A DNA stretch of 64,000 nucleotides from Alkalispirochaeta sp. (GTDB lineage: Bacteria > Spirochaetota > Spirochaetia > DSM-27196 > Alkalispirochaetaceae). Both the position numbers and the translations under genes were made by a program. The stretch is taken from positions 4,384,001 through 4,448,000 of the forward strand of contig OZ271854.1 of NCBI GenBank assembly GCA_965601925.1, given 5' to 3'. Positions within the stretch are counted from its first letter, which is position 1, and each line of letters starts with the position of its first letter. Below, one piece after another: positions 49,522 to 61,311 of this stretch. The notes below the pieces were generated by a model. That model had not been told where the DNA came from. It saw only the letters and a program-made list of their open reading frames with translations, and ran no database searches.

Positions 49522-50548
49522 CCACGCTCTTCTCGCCGAGGAGTGCGGCTCGCAACTGGTGGTCCCGCAACAGTATCCGCTTCTGATACTGGGCGCCCAG
49601 GGTCCCGACGTCTTCCTCCACAACCACCGACGCAAACCGCGCGGATTTCGTTACGGCGCCCTTCTCCACCGCAAGGGGAACGCCGAGCTTCTGGCGTCCC
49701 TCGCCGTATCGGCTCACCGGACGGACGCGCAACAAGGACGCGCCGAAGAGGCTCCCGGTACCGGTGACAAGCTCGAAGCGTACGCTCTGGGCTACATAAG
49801 CCACGTGTGGTTCGACAGACTCGCCCACCCCTACATAAACTTCTCCGCCGGCTGGCGCGGCGTACCGGATCGACATCCCGACCGTCCGGCGATGCACGCA
49901 TTTCTCGAGCGGCTCATCGACGTAACGCTGTTACGTCGGCTCCGCGATTCAAGCGTGAACGAGTACCGTTTCGTCGATCGTCTCCCCGATCGCGTAGGAC
50001 TCTTTTTTCGGCTGCGACCCATCGTGGTTGAGGCGATTCGGAGCAGCTTGGTGAGCGCGCGCGAGGACGGGAATCTTCCCCGGAGACTACAGAATGCACT
50101 GTACGACAGTTTCGGCTTCTACCGTTACACCGAGTCGCCCGATCGACAGTACTTCACGACTGCGCGGCTGCGCGAGCGGGAGGGCACGATATCATCACGC
50201 TGGCTGTCGGTCGTACATCCGCCGGAAGAGCTGATCGATGTCGACGTCCTCAACACCGAACGTCGCACATGGACGCATCCGTGCGACGAGGGGCGCCGAT
50301 CCGATGCCGCGTTCTTGGACCTGTTTCGCGAGGCTCGCCTTCGCACCGCAGAGAGCTTTGCGCTCTGGCGCGCTCTTCGCCTCGATCCGTCGCCGGGTGC
50401 TACCTCGACGTTCATCGACGCGATCGGCCCGTGGAATCTTAACGACGGACTACGGAGCGACCCACCGTGCCACCGCCGCTATTGCGACCCCCTCCCCCTT
50501 TTGGAACTGTACGCAGCGATGAAGCGCTCTTTCGACCGCACGGCCTGA
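49505..50548 (+). CDS. Zinc-dependent phospholipase C family protein
   Basis: MP..ISH, LGAQGPD, GYISHVWFD..HPY, HAFLE..ID. Confidence 0.75.
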   Translation: MPSHISHALLAEECGSQLVVPQQYPLLILGAQGPDVFLHNHRRKPRGFRYGALLHRKGNAELLASLAVSAHRTDAQQGRAEEAPGTGDKLEAYALGYISHVWFDRLAHPYINFSAGWRGVPDRHPDRPAMHAFLERLIDVTLLRRLRDSSVNEYRFVDRLPDRVGLFFRLRPIVVEAIRSSLVSAREDGNLPRRLQNALYDSFGFYRYTESPDRQYFTTARLREREGTISSRWLSVVHPPEELIDVDVLNTERRTWTHPCDEGRRSDAAFLDLFREARLRTAESFALWRALRLDPSPGATSTFIDAIGPWNLNDGLRSDPPCHRRYCDPLPLLELYAAMKRSFDRTA

Positions 50549-50595
50549 ACGGAACAGGAGGGAACGGTCGCGCGTACCGAGAGCGTCGAGCGCCT

Positions 50596-51531
50596 CTACA
50601 TCGGTGACTTACACCAAATCCACCCTTCGATTCGCGCCGCCTCACGATCGGTGGGCTCGGGAAGATCGCAGCACCACACGTCGGCGCCGTTGTAGACACA
50701 CACGACCGCGTCGAGCGTATCGGCGGTGCGGACGACCTCTTCTTCCGGGACTCGGTCGATCGCCTTGGCGCGCCACTCGCGCGGCTCCGACCGCGTCAGA
50801 CGAGTGAGTACGGCGCGGAAAAGATCGTGTCTCCGCTCATGGGCGTCACGCGGACGATACCCCCTCGTGTCGATCCGCTCGGAGGCGAACCACGCGGCGG
50901 GATACGACTCTACCAGCCATATCGGGAGCTTGACATTCGCAGGTCCGGCGTCACGGATATCGGCCGGGTCGCGTATCGCGCGCACGGCCTCGATATCGAG
51001 GGCGAGACGAATCTCCCGCCGCACGTGGCGACGCAACTCCTCGACGCGCCACAGGACCGCGGAGGCGGTACGCGCAATGCGATCCGCTCCCACGTCGAGG
51101 GGTGTCTTGCCGACGCGCCGTCGAATATCGCGGTCGGTAGCGCGCCGAAAGAGACTATCAGCATCGCCGACGAGTGCCGAACCGGCTCTATGGTCGACCA
51201 GCGCCCGGCCGAGCGCCGCCGGCCATCCCAGCGGAGCATCGACGCACAGGAGTATCGGGCAGCGAAGAGCCACCTCCTCGACCCATCTCGTAACGGTCTC
51301 GACTATCGCGGCATCGTTTATCGGCGAGACGACGTCGTGTATGGTCACGATCCGGGAGTCGCCGGAGTCGTCCGAACCGCGCGTTGCGCGGCCGTCCATC
51401 CGTGCCGTCTCTTCGGCGCGACGTTCGACGGTGAGGTCGCCCACGGCGAGGGCGTTATTACGCGGATCGACTGCGGCGTCCCAGCCGATGATACGGCATA
51501 TCGGGTGTGACCCTGCAGGTGCGCCGCTCAC
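50596..51531 (-). CDS. DUF429-like predicted RNase H-fold nuclease
   Basis: IGWD, VDAPLGWP, R.TD, VESYPAA, DTLDAVVC. Confidence 0.7.
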   Translation of the reverse strand: MSGAPAGSHPICRIIGWDAAVDPRNNALAVGDLTVERRAEETARMDGRATRGSDDSGDSRIVTIHDVVSPINDAAIVETVTRWVEEVALRCPILLCVDAPLGWPAALGRALVDHRAGSALVGDADSLFRRATDRDIRRRVGKTPLDVGADRIARTASAVLWRVEELRRHVRREIRLALDIEAVRAIRDPADIRDAGPANVKLPIWLVESYPAAWFASERIDTRGYRPRDAHERRHDLFRAVLTRLTRSEPREWRAKAIDRVPEEEVVRTADTLDAVVCVYNGADVWCCDLPEPTDREAARIEGWIWCKSPM

Positions 51532-51544
51532 CCGGCCGGCCAGG

Positions 51545-54500
51545 TTACCGTCCCGGCTCGTAGGCCAGTACCGGTTGCAGCCAGCGCTCCGCCTGCTCGA
51601 CGCTCACTCCCTTACGCCGCGCCCAGTCCGCGATCTGATCCTTTTGCAGCTTTCCGACGCCGAAGTACTGGCTCTCGGGGTGCGAAAAGTAGTAGCCGCT
51701 GGTCGCCGCGGCGGGAAGCATCATGAAGCTTTCGGTCAGACTCATGCCGAGTTTGTCCGCTTCCAACATCTCGAAGAGCGCCACCTTGTCGTGGTGGTCG
51801 GGACACGGAGGATAGCCCGGTGCGGGACGTATCCCTTGGTAGCGAATCGCGAAGAGATCCGCCTTGCTCAGCCGCTCGTCGGGAGCGTAGGCCCACCAGT
51901 CGGTACGCACCTCCTCGTGGAGCCGCTCGGCGAAGGATTCCGCCAAGCGGTCGGCGAGAATCTTGGCCAGGATCTCATGGTAGTCGTCGCCGTCGCGCTT
52001 AAACTGCTCTACGTACCCCTCGAGCCCGAATCCGGCGTTGGTACAGAACCCGCCGATATAGTCTGCGACGCCCGAATCCTTCTCCGCCACAAAGTCGGAG
52101 AGTGAGAGATAGTAGTCGACTTTCTGTTTCTTCTTTTGCTGGCGCAGCGTGTGCCAGCGCCCGATGACGGACCCTCGCGACTCGTCGCCGTAGATCTCGA
52201 TCGTATCGTCGGGGGTCCTTGAAGCGGGATAGAGAAAGATTGCCGCTCGCGCCTCCAGCGCCTTGGAGTCGATCATATCGCGAAGCATCGCTTGAGCGTC
52301 GTCGTAGAGGCGCCGCGCCTCCTCGCCCACCTCGGGATCGTTGAAGATCGCCGGATACTTTCCGTGCATCTGCCAGGCGATGAAGAAGAAGGTCCAGTCG
52401 ATGTATTGAGCGAGAACATCGATCGGATATTCGCGAAAGTGCTTAATACCCACCAGTTTCGGTACCGGCGGCGGGGTCGAATAGTCCGGGCGGAAGCGAC
52501 GCTCCCGCGCATCTCGGATTGAGAGATACTCGCGGTCCCGCGTCTCCGCCAGGCGCTTCTGGCGCGTCTTCTCGTGGTCCGCCGCTACTTCGGCGGCGTA
52601 TGTCTTTCGCGTTTCATCGTTCAAGAGCTTCTTGACGACCCCGACGGCGAGGGATGCGTCTTTTACGTGCACCACCGGCTCGTGATACGCCGGGGCGATC
52701 TTGACGGCGGTGTGAATCTTGCTGGTGGTCGCGCCGCCGATGAGGAGCGGTAGCTCGAACCCCTGGCGCTCCATCTCGCCGGCGACGTCGACCATCTCGT
52801 CCAGACTCGGCGTGATGAGTCCCGACAATCCGATGATGTCGGCGTCGCGCTCCCGCGCCGTCTTGAGAATATCCTCCGCCGGCACCATGACGCCCATGTC
52901 GACGATCTCGTAGTTGTTGCTCGCAAGCACCACGCCGACGATGTTTTTGCCGATATCGTGGACGTCGCCCTTAACCGTAGCGAGGAGAATCGTGCCCTTG
53001 GTGGAGCTGCCGCCGCCGGTCTTCTCGCGCTCGATATACGGCGTGAGATAGGCGACCGCCTTCTTCATGACCCGGGCGCTCTTAACCACCTGGGGCAAAA
53101 ACATCTTGCCGGAGCCGAACAGCTCCCCGACGATGTTCATACCGTCCATGAGGGGTCCTTCGATCACGTTGAGCGCCAGAGGAAGTTTCTGCCGCGCCTC
53201 CTCCACGTCCTCGTCGATGAACGTCGTGATGCCCTTGATGAGAGAGTGCGAGAGACGCCCCTCTACCGGTTGCTCGCGCCAGCTGAGGTCCTCCTCCTGA
53301 GACGACCCGCGCCCGGCGTAGCGTTCGGCGATCTCCAGGAGTCGTTCGGTCGCCTCCGCCGATCGATTGAGGACCAGATCCTCCACCACGGTGCGCAGCT
53401 CGTCGGGGATCTCGTCGTAGACGGCGAGCTGCCCGGCGTTGACGATGCCCATACTCATACCGGCCCCGACGGCGTAGTAGAGAAAGACGGAGTGAATCGC
53501 CTCGCGAACGCGGTCCATACCGCGAAAGGAGAAGCTCACATTGCTCACTCCGCCGGAGATCTTGGCGTAGGGAAGGTTCTCTCGAATCCAGCGCGTCGCA
53601 TCGATGAAGTCCACCGCGTAGTTGTGGTGCTCCTCGATGCCCGTTCCGATGGCGAAGATATTGGGATCGAAGATGATGTCCTCCGGCGGAAAGTTCAGCT
53701 TCTCGGTGAGCAGTTCGTAACTCCGCCGGCAGATGGTAATCTTGCGCTCCACGCTGTCGGCCTGCCCCGTCTCGTCGAAGGCCATGATAATCGCCGCCGC
53801 ACCGTAGTCGCGGATCGTGCGGGCGTGGGCGAGAAACTCCTCTTCGCCCTCCTTGAGAGAGATCGAGTTCACGACCGCCTTTCCCTGCACGCACTTGAGC
53901 CCCGCCTCGATCACCGAGAACTTACTGGAGTCGACCATGACCGGCACCCGGCTGATGTCGGGCTCGGCGGCCAAGAGGTTGAGGAACCGCTCCATCTCGG
54001 CGGCCGAGTCGAGCATCGCCTCGTCCATGTTGATATCGATGATCTGGGCGCCGTTCTCCACCTGGTGGAGCGCCACCTCCAGCGCCTCCTCGTGGTTACC
54101 CTCTTTGATGAGGCGGGCGAAGGCGCGACTCCCGGTGACGTTTGTCCGCTCTCCTACGTTGACGAACCCCGTGTGCGACGCGACCTCCAACGGTTCGAGT
54201 CCCGAGAGGCGCATGGTGTGTGGATCGTCGGGAACACTCCGCGGGGCGTGGGGCAGACACGCGGCGATAATCTCTTTCAAGTGTTCTTTCGTCGTTCCAC
54301 AGCAACCGCCCACGACGTTGACCAGCCCGTCGCGTGCCATTCCCCCGAGGACCTCGGCCATGTGCTCCGGGGTGTCGTCGTACTCGCCGAACTCGTTCGG
54401 AAGGCCCGCGTTGGGATGCACGCTCACCGGGCTGTGGGCAACCTGCCCCAGCTCCTTCACATAGCGGCGGAGCTGATCTGCCCCCAAAGCGCAGTTGAGC

Positions 54501-55243
54501 CCCACTGAAAAGGGCTCGGAGTGGCGTACCGAGTAGTAGAACGCGTCGGTCGTTTGTCCCGAGAGGGTGCGTCCGCTTTGGTCGGTGATGGTACCGGAGA
54601 TCATGATCGGAATCTCGACTCCCATCTCCCGGGCCAGACGGCGAATCGCGAGGATTGCCACCTTGGCGTTGAGGGTGTCGAAGATCGTCTCGATCATGAG
54701 AAAGTCGGCGCCGCCGTCCACGAGCCCATGGGCGGCGTTCCGATAATCGGCGGCCAGATGGTCGAAGGTGACGGCGCGATATCCCGGGTCGTTGACGTCC
54801 GGCGAGAGGGAGAGAGTCTTGTTCGTCGGTCCGAGAATGCCGGCGACAAAGCGCGGCTTCTCAGGCGTAGTATCGGTGAACTCATCCGCTACCCGACGCG
54901 CCAAGTGCGCCGCTTCACGATTGAGCTCGTAGACGAACTCCGGCGCCTCGAGCCCATAGTCGAGTTGCGAGGTCGACGTCGCGTTGAAGGTGTTGGTCTC
55001 GAGAATGTCGGCTCCGACATCCAGAAAGCCGCGATGAATCTCCTCAATCACGTCGGGTCGCGTCAGGGTAAGGAGATCGTTGTCGCCCTTGAGCGGCTTT
55101 GGATGGTCGGCGAAACGGGAACCGCGAAAATCGTCCTCTCCGAGACGATAACTTTGAATATATGTACCCATCGCCCCGTCAAGAAAGACGATGCGTTCGC
55201 GCATTTCGGTTTTGAGCGCTGTCAGGCGTTGCTGCCGTTTCAT
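51545..55243 (-). CDS. metH: Cobalamin-dependent methionine synthase
   Basis: [55 protein letters not shown]. Confidence 0.98.
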   Translation of the reverse strand: MKRQQRLTALKTEMRERIVFLDGAMGTYIQSYRLGEDDFRGSRFADHPKPLKGDNDLLTLTRPDVIEEIHRGFLDVGADILETNTFNATSTSQLDYGLEAPEFVYELNREAAHLARRVADEFTDTTPEKPRFVAGILGPTNKTLSLSPDVNDPGYRAVTFDHLAADYRNAAHGLVDGGADFLMIETIFDTLNAKVAILAIRRLAREMGVEIPIMISGTITDQSGRTLSGQTTDAFYYSVRHSEPFSVGLNCALGADQLRRYVKELGQVAHSPVSVHPNAGLPNEFGEYDDTPEHMAEVLGGMARDGLVNVVGGCCGTTKEHLKEIIAACLPHAPRSVPDDPHTMRLSGLEPLEVASHTGFVNVGERTNVTGSRAFARLIKEGNHEEALEVALHQVENGAQIIDINMDEAMLDSAAEMERFLNLLAAEPDISRVPVMVDSSKFSVIEAGLKCVQGKAVVNSISLKEGEEEFLAHARTIRDYGAAAIIMAFDETGQADSVERKITICRRSYELLTEKLNFPPEDIIFDPNIFAIGTGIEEHHNYAVDFIDATRWIRENLPYAKISGGVSNVSFSFRGMDRVREAIHSVFLYYAVGAGMSMGIVNAGQLAVYDEIPDELRTVVEDLVLNRSAEATERLLEIAERYAGRGSSQEEDLSWREQPVEGRLSHSLIKGITTFIDEDVEEARQKLPLALNVIEGPLMDGMNIVGELFGSGKMFLPQVVKSARVMKKAVAYLTPYIEREKTGGGSSTKGTILLATVKGDVHDIGKNIVGVVLASNNYEIVDMGVMVPAEDILKTARERDADIIGLSGLITPSLDEMVDVAGEMERQGFELPLLIGGATTSKIHTAVKIAPAYHEPVVHVKDASLAVGVVKKLLNDETRKTYAAEVAADHEKTRQKRLAETRDREYLSIRDARERRFRPDYSTPPPVPKLVGIKHFREYPIDVLAQYIDWTFFFIAWQMHGKYPAIFNDPEVGEEARRLYDDAQAMLRDMIDSKALEARAAIFLYPASRTPDDTIEIYGDESRGSVIGRWHTLRQQKKKQKVDYYLSLSDFVAEKDSGVADYIGGFCTNAGFGLEGYVEQFKRDGDDYHEILAKILADRLAESFAERLHEEVRTDWWAYAPDERLSKADLFAIRYQGIRPAPGYPPCPDHHDKVALFEMLEADKLGMSLTESFMMLPAAATSGYYFSHPESQYFGVGKLQKDQIADWARRKGVSVEQAERWLQPVLAYEPGR

Positions 55244-55392
55244 CGTATAAGCTCCTTTTTCGGCGACCGACTCCGAGCTCAACGGCCGCCGACCGCTACT
55301 ATCCCACAATTATACGCATCTTTCCACCGAACCCGGACGACACGACGGCCCGTGGGTTCGACCTTCGCATCGCCGTTTGGTACAATCGGGGA

Positions 55393-56580
55393 ATGACGGA
55401 GCCGCTCTACTATGAAGATAGTCTCCGCACGGACTTTACCGCCACCGTGCGGCATATCTCCGAGGACCGCCGACGCATCACACTCAGCAGCACCCTCTTT
55501 TACCCCGAGGGAGGCGGTCAACCGGCAGATCGTGGGACGCTTTCCGGCTCGTCCGTTGCGGACGTCCAAAAAGGGGATACCGGTGCGATCGTGCACTATC
55601 TATCCGACACGCTCGACGAGGCTATCGTTCCCGGCGATACGGTCTCCGGCGCGATCGATCGGTCCCACCGTTGGGAGTATATGCAACAGCACACGGGACA
55701 GCACGTTCTCTCAGCGGCCCTAATGCACGTCGCCCGCGCGTCGACGGTCAGTGTTCACCAGGGACTTGAGGTGACGACCATCGAGGTCGACAGGGAGTCG
55801 CTCTCCGACGACGAGATACACACAGTGGAGGATCGTGCAAACGGTGCGATTCGCGACGACCTTGGGGTGCGCGCCTTTTGGACGACCGACGGCGAGCTCT
55901 CCTCATACGCCCTGCGCCGGCCGACGACGCGGCGGGGCAAGATCCGTTTGGTTGAGATCGACGACTACGACCTGGTGGCGTGCGGCGGGGTTCATCTCCC
56001 GCGGACCGGGATGCTCAACCTCGTACATACCGCCGGGGTCGAACGCATCCGCGGTCGCCTGCGCCTCTCGTTCAAGATCGGCGATCGCGCCCTCGCGGAC
56101 TACCGGACAAAGGACCGGACGGTCGGGGAGATCGCGCGCTACTTTTCAGCGCACGCCGATCAGGCGTCCGAACGGGTGCAGCAGCTGGGGCGGGAGGTGC
56201 AAGACCTCCATAGAACGCGAAGGCTCCAAGCTGAACGCATCGCCGCTCTCATGCTCTCGCAGGAGCGCGCGGAGGGACGCGCACACGCGCTCTTACTCGA
56301 GGACGAAGACGACGAGGTATTTCGCGCTTTGGCCGAGGGGGCGACCGCCGATCAGAGCCGCCGCCTGTGTATCGTGAACGTGACTCCCAAGGGCGTATAC
56401 TGGGCGGTCGTAATCGGCGCCGACCACCCCTTCCCGGCCGAGGAACTCCGCGCGCGACTTCTGGGCGTACATGGCGCCAAGGGCGGAGGCAAGCCGCCGC
56501 TATGGCGTGGACTCATCCCGACCGGCGATCGCGCCGTTGCCGAGGCGTTTACCCGCTCCTTTCAAGAGATCGTACAATGA
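55393..56580 (+). CDS. AlaX alanyl-tRNA editing protein (with C-Ala-like tail)
   Basis: FYPEGGGQPADRG, QQHTGQH, ACGGVH, KGGG. Confidence 0.9.
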   Translation: MTEPLYYEDSLRTDFTATVRHISEDRRRITLSSTLFYPEGGGQPADRGTLSGSSVADVQKGDTGAIVHYLSDTLDEAIVPGDTVSGAIDRSHRWEYMQQHTGQHVLSAALMHVARASTVSVHQGLEVTTIEVDRESLSDDEIHTVEDRANGAIRDDLGVRAFWTTDGELSSYALRRPTTRRGKIRLVEIDDYDLVACGGVHLPRTGMLNLVHTAGVERIRGRLRLSFKIGDRALADYRTKDRTVGEIARYFSAHADQASERVQQLGREVQDLHRTRRLQAERIAALMLSQERAEGRAHALLLEDEDDEVFRALAEGATADQSRRLCIVNVTPKGVYWAVVIGADHPFPAEELRARLLGVHGAKGGGKPPLWRGLIPTGDRAVAEAFTRSFQEIVQ

Positions 56581-56785
56581 GCGTGGGAATCGTGAATCGA
56601 GGACCGTGGCACCACGCGCTTCCGTTCACGCTCGCACTTCGCCGAGCCGTCGTGGGGAGTAGCACGGTCGAGTAGATCTTACGCAACTCCCGCGCGACGC
56701 CGGCACGCGCGACTGCGAAACGACCGGCCGTCCGGTACGATACGGCCAATGGATGCAGCCGGAAGGGGCCGCGAGCCGACGAGCA

Positions 56786-57799
56786 TCACCGCCCGTAGCC
56801 CGTGGCGGAGGTGATACAGTTGGCACAGCCGGTCTCTGAGCTCCACGCCTTGATATTCTCGAACGTAGTTCGACTGATGTTTTCTACCGCCTCACGGGTA
56901 AAGAACGCCTGATGAGCGGTTATAAGCACGTTTGGAAAGGTAAGGAGACGCACAAAGGTATCGTCCTGAATGACCTGATCCGACAGATCCTCGAAGAAGA
57001 GATCCGCCTCCTCCTCGTACACGTCCAAGCCGACCGCACCGATTTTTCCGCTCTTGAGCCCCTCGATGACCGCGACGCTGTCGATTAATGCGCCGCGACT
57101 CGTGTTCACGATCGTTACGCCGGGCCTCATCGACGCGATGGCGTACTCGTTAATGAGGTGGTAGGTCTCGTGGTTGAGCGGACAGTGGAGAGAGATCACA
57201 TCGCTCTCGCCGTAGAGTTGTTCCAGGCCGACGTAGGTCACGCCGAGTCCCGAGACCTCATCGCGCGGATATCGGTCGTAGGCGAGTACTCGCGTACCGA
57301 ACCCCTTCATGATCCCGGCGAATATCTCTCCGATCTTACCGGTACCGATCACTCCTACCGTTTTACCGTAGAGATCGAATCCCAATAGTCCGTCGAGGGC
57401 GAAGTTACCCTCTCGCACACGGTTGTATGCGCGGTGGAGTCGCCGGTTGAGGCCCAAGAGTAACGCGATGGCGTGCTCCGCAACGGCGTGAGGCGAGTAC
57501 GCCGGCACCCTCGCGACGGTGATCCCGAACTCCTCGGCGGCTGCGAGATCGACGTTGTTGAACCCGGCGCACCGTAGTGCCACCATCTTTACCTCGACTC
57601 GCGCCAGCTCCTGCAACGCCGGCCGGTCGGCGGTATCGTTGACGAATATACACACCGCATCCGCGCCCTCGGCCAACGGCGCGGTGTCGCGATTGAGGAG
57701 TGCCTCCAGATAACGAATCTCAAAACCGAAGTCCTCGTTGGTAGGCTCGAAAAAGCGCCGCACCCAATCCTTGGTGCTGAATACTGTCATTTTCACCAT
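56786..57799 (-). CDS. ldhA: D-lactate / D-2-hydroxyacid dehydrogenase
   Basis: LRCAGFNNVD, AYSPHAVAEH, GTGKIG, NTSRG, LDVYEEE, TAHQAF; start ATG 57799 or GTG 57796. Confidence 0.9.
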   Translation of the reverse strand: MVKMTVFSTKDWVRRFFEPTNEDFGFEIRYLEALLNRDTAPLAEGADAVCIFVNDTADRPALQELARVEVKMVALRCAGFNNVDLAAAEEFGITVARVPAYSPHAVAEHAIALLLGLNRRLHRAYNRVREGNFALDGLLGFDLYGKTVGVIGTGKIGEIFAGIMKGFGTRVLAYDRYPRDEVSGLGVTYVGLEQLYGESDVISLHCPLNHETYHLINEYAIASMRPGVTIVNTSRGALIDSVAVIEGLKSGKIGAVGLDVYEEEADLFFEDLSDQVIQDDTFVRLLTFPNVLITAHQAFFTREAVENISRTTFENIKAWSSETGCANCITSATGYGR

Positions 57800-57989
57800 T
57801 TCACTATGCACCTCCGCAAGGGCGAAGTCAACGAAACGATCGACGCACAAGAAAAAGGCACCACCGCCCGAACCCATGTTCATTGGGCACTACTTGTTCA
57901 CCGCTCCCTCATTGTTTGCATCGTTGCCCTCACTCCGTGATCGGACTTCATACGGGCACGGTTACCGATACTCCGGTTCCATTCGATGT

Positions 57990-59669
57990 ATGGACGAGAT
58001 CCTGCAGTGCGCCAACGAGCGCTTCGGCATCGACTATCTCTTTCCCTACCAGCGTTTGGTGATCACAAACATCCTGGAGGCGCTTCGCAGCACGGACGAA
58101 GACGCCGCGATGTGGGGACGACAGATCGTCGTCTTACCGACCGGCGCCGGAAAGAGCCTCTGTTTTCAACTCCCGGTCGCACTCGTGAGGCGTGCGACGC
58201 TCATTGTATACCCGCTCCTTAGCCTCATGAACGACCAAGAGCGTCGGATGCGCGCCGCCGGGTTCTCAGTCGTTCAACTCCGCGGAGGACAGGAGCGTAG
58301 TAAGCGTCGACGAATACTTACGGAGATCGCCGACGGTGCGGTCGACTTCGTGCTGACCAATCCGGAAACGCTCGCCTCCGACGCGCTGGCGACCGGTCTC
58401 AGACGCTTGAAGATCGTCCACGCCGTAGTAGATGAGGCGCATTGCATCAGCGAGTGGGGTGATTCCTTCCGCCCGGCCTATACGACGATCGGCTCGTCCC
58501 TCGACAAAATCGGGATTAGACTTCGCACCGCCTTCACGGCGACCGCCTCGGACCACATAGTTAATCGAATCAGAGCATCGTTGTTCGGTGAGGAGGGGGC
58601 GCACGTGGTGCGGGCCAACCCCGATCGCCCCAATATCACCTACAGCGTCGTACCGACGCTGTCTCTCCCCCGAGCGCTCACCCATATGGTCTCTTGCGAA
58701 GCATGCCGTAACGATCACAGTGAACAGCGCGACGCATCCGAAGCGCGCCACCCGGTCGTACATTTTCCCGTGTGGTCACCCGGGACCCCTCTGCCGCGTC
58801 CGGCGGTCATTTTTTGCCGCTCTCGCAACGCTGCCGAGGCGATCGCCGCCCTACTCCGACCCCATGTGCCTGAAGGACGTGCAATGCACTACCACGCGGG
58901 ACTCTCGCGCGGAGAAAAACGGGATACCGAGCAGCGTTTCTTCGAGAGTCGCGACGGCGTGCTGGCTGCGACATGCGCGTACGGCATGGGTGTGGACAAA
59001 GGTAACATCCGCTCGGTGGTGCACACCTATCTGCCCGAGACCGTCGAGGCGTTTCTCCAAGAGAGCGGCCGCGGCGGGAGAGACCGAGATCCCGCAGTTT
59101 CCATCGTGCTCCTGCCTCCGGAGGAGCAGCTACGGTATGTCGCCGACCGAGCGGGCGGACGCGTGCGTCCGGTCCAGGAGATGGCGATGGGACGTGGGTG
59201 TAGACGCGCGACGCTGCTCGGTTATCTCGGTGTCGAGGAGTCGCCGTGCACCGGGTGCGATCGGTGCGTCGCGGAACACGCAGAACTGCCGACGTCGAGG
59301 ACGGCACAAGCGCTCTTGTACGCAATCGGATCGACGCCGCTCCCTCTCACCGGGAGGGCGTGGACGCGCATACTCCGAGGCCGTCTCTCGCACAGCGATC
59401 GCTTGCGAGGACTCTCTTCAGTACCCGGAGGCGGTCTCCTGTCGCGATGGAGCATTACCGATGTCGAGCGTGCGCTGCAATCATTAGTCGAGTTGGAGCT
59501 TCTGCACGTCACCGGTCGCGGCACGCTTACCCTTCGGCGTCGACGGGGACCAGACAGAACGGATCACCCCCTACCATTCCGGCTATCTCAAAAAGTGCTC
59601 GATTCATCGCCTCGCCGGATCGTACGAAGGTGGTGGGATGGTCTTGCAAAAAGCGATCGATCTCATTGA
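57990..59669 (+). CDS. recQ: RecQ family helicase (no HRDC domain)
   Basis: PTGAGKSLCFQ, VDEAHCISEWG..FRP, TATA, YHAGL, GMGVDK, QESGRGGRD, CRR..CTGCDRC zinc site. Confidence 0.88.
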   Translation: MDEILQCANERFGIDYLFPYQRLVITNILEALRSTDEDAAMWGRQIVVLPTGAGKSLCFQLPVALVRRATLIVYPLLSLMNDQERRMRAAGFSVVQLRGGQERSKRRRILTEIADGAVDFVLTNPETLASDALATGLRRLKIVHAVVDEAHCISEWGDSFRPAYTTIGSSLDKIGIRLRTAFTATASDHIVNRIRASLFGEEGAHVVRANPDRPNITYSVVPTLSLPRALTHMVSCEACRNDHSEQRDASEARHPVVHFPVWSPGTPLPRPAVIFCRSRNAAEAIAALLRPHVPEGRAMHYHAGLSRGEKRDTEQRFFESRDGVLAATCAYGMGVDKGNIRSVVHTYLPETVEAFLQESGRGGRDRDPAVSIVLLPPEEQLRYVADRAGGRVRPVQEMAMGRGCRRATLLGYLGVEESPCTGCDRCVAEHAELPTSRTAQALLYAIGSTPLPLTGRAWTRILRGRLSHSDRLRGLSSVPGGGLLSRWSITDVERALQSLVELELLHVTGRGTLTLRRRRGPDRTDHPLPFRLSQKVLDSSPRRIVRRWWDGLAKSDRSH

Positions 59670-61311
59670 TCCGCGTCGGCTGGTTACGTCGCAATCGATC
59701 CGCAATCCTCGTGCGGAAGTACCATCGGACCGCAGTCTGACGTTGTTGGAGCAAATACGCCTGAAACTCATTTACCATCAAGTACCGATCATCGGGGGAG
59801 TACGTCATCCAGGAGAGAAAGTCCATCCAGTACGCACGTTCTCTGGGCGATAGCTCATCGTCCCAATAGCCGAACGCCGCATCGCGAAAGGCCGGCTCCT
59901 CGTAGAACACGCCGTGTATCGCCTCGTGGACCAATAGGAGACGGCGCAACTCGAGGTAGCTCTCTTGACTGATCGCAAGAACGCCGCCGATTCCCGGCAG
60001 CACCCGGTCGCCCTCTCCTGCGACGAGAACGCCTCGCTCGAGAGCGATGGCCCGCAGTTCTCTCTCCAGCTCGTTGATCGGAAATTCCGTCTCCGCCACG
60101 GCATTAAAAAAATCGGCCAACCCCTCGGGGCGATAATTGTGGGCGTTCCATCCGTGGCGGTTTGCGAGCTCTTCGTCCGAGAGAAGGCGTCCCTGGAAAC
60201 CTCGTTTCTCCACGAAAAAGGCGAGGCGTCGAAACATCCGCGCCTGCGTCGCGTAGTCTCGACTATCTATCCACAGAAGATCGGGATACAGAGACCACGA
60301 GAAGAGCTCGAATTCGGGATTTCTCCACTCGGAGGCGGGATACATCAGCAACTCAGACATTTCAACGGGAATGGGCGTGCTGCGGTTCTCATCGACGCGC
60401 ACACCGTGCAGTCCTTCCACGAAAAAGCCGGGCTCGGGCGTGAAAATGCGCACCTGATCGGCGGCAACTCCCCACAGGTGAGGGCGCACGACAATATCGT
60501 GTCGCCCCGGACGCACACGCAAAGAGAGCGCCTCGCTACGCCCCGACTCATCGGTGAACTCGATGATCGCTTGTATTGGATCGGTGTAGTCGACAAAGGC
60601 GGCCGGATCCTGGCGATAGCCGATGACCAACGCGTCGGTCCGACGGGGCACGAGAGCCGCAACGTCGAAAAAATGCCACTCTCCTTCGCCTCGCGCCACC
60701 GGCACGCGACTATCGATGACGAAACGCTCGTTGCTTTCGGCTGCGAGGGACAACCGTGGTGATTCGGCGGTGGTCGCAAACGCAATACCGTCTACCGCAA
60801 AACGGCGTCCGACGCCCGCGGCAAGAGAGATTTCTACATCGGCAAGGTCGGAGAGAAGCAACGGCGAGTCACCGTCGCTCACGTCTATACGCAACGAATA
60901 GCGCCCCGGACCGCCGGAGACCGCGCGATAGAACGACGACACGTCGATGCGGTCGATAACCTCGCCATGGGCTAACTCAATACTGGCTCCTTGAGGATCG
61001 CCGGAAACGTCGAGGACGATCGCGCTCATTGTCGAGGGCGTCCCGTCATCGATCTCATCGCCGTTTTCCGGTCCCCGCACCCGGAAACGATGTCGTCCAT
61101 GCGCCGATTCTACGATGACCCCTTCTTCTTCGGTCGAGCGTCGCCCCACGTTCTCGAGACGGAGCGGTACCACCGCATCATCGTGGCGGATCACCGCCCG
61201 AAACGTATCTACATTACGATTACAGCCGACGAGAACCACCGAGAGGACGATCGCCGCAATCGCGGCCCCGTGTCGCGCGCCCGAGTGTCTTCGTATGTGT
61301 GTTTTGTTCAA
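59527..61311 (-). CDS. Putative lipoprotein with C-terminal HExxH motif
   Basis: Lipobox LVGC after hydrophobic stretch; LLLVHEAIHGVF...NEFQAY; ATGA overlap with upstream gene. Confidence 0.7.
   Translation of the reverse strand: MNKTHIRRHSGARHGAAIAAIVLSVVLVGCNRNVDTFRAVIRHDDAVVPLRLENVGRRSTEEEGVIVESAHGRHRFRVRGPENGDEIDDGTPSTMSAIVLDVSGDPQGASIELAHGEVIDRIDVSSFYRAVSGGPGRYSLRIDVSDGDSPLLLSDLADVEISLAAGVGRRFAVDGIAFATTAESPRLSLAAESNERFVIDSRVPVARGEGEWHFFDVAALVPRRTDALVIGYRQDPAAFVDYTDPIQAIIEFTDESGRSEALSLRVRPGRHDIVVRPHLWGVAADQVRIFTPEPGFFVEGLHGVRVDENRSTPIPVEMSELLMYPASEWRNPEFELFSWSLYPDLLWIDSRDYATQARMFRRLAFFVEKRGFQGRLLSDEELANRHGWNAHNYRPEGLADFFNAVAETEFPINELERELRAIALERGVLVAGEGDRVLPGIGGVLAISQESYLELRRLLLVHEAIHGVFYEEPAFRDAAFGYWDDELSPRERAYWMDFLSWMTYSPDDRYLMVNEFQAYLLQQRQTAVRWYFRTRIADRLRRNQPTRINEIDRFLQDHPTTFVRSGEAMNRALFEIAGMVGGDPFCLVPVDAEG

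Noticed and set aside
50726..54508. Long plus-strand ORFs (459 aa, 516 aa) and similar antisense ORFs elsewhere (35485-36615, 41554-42732)
   Set aside because: Shadow ORFs opposite well-supported genes, expected in high-GC DNA; no motifs
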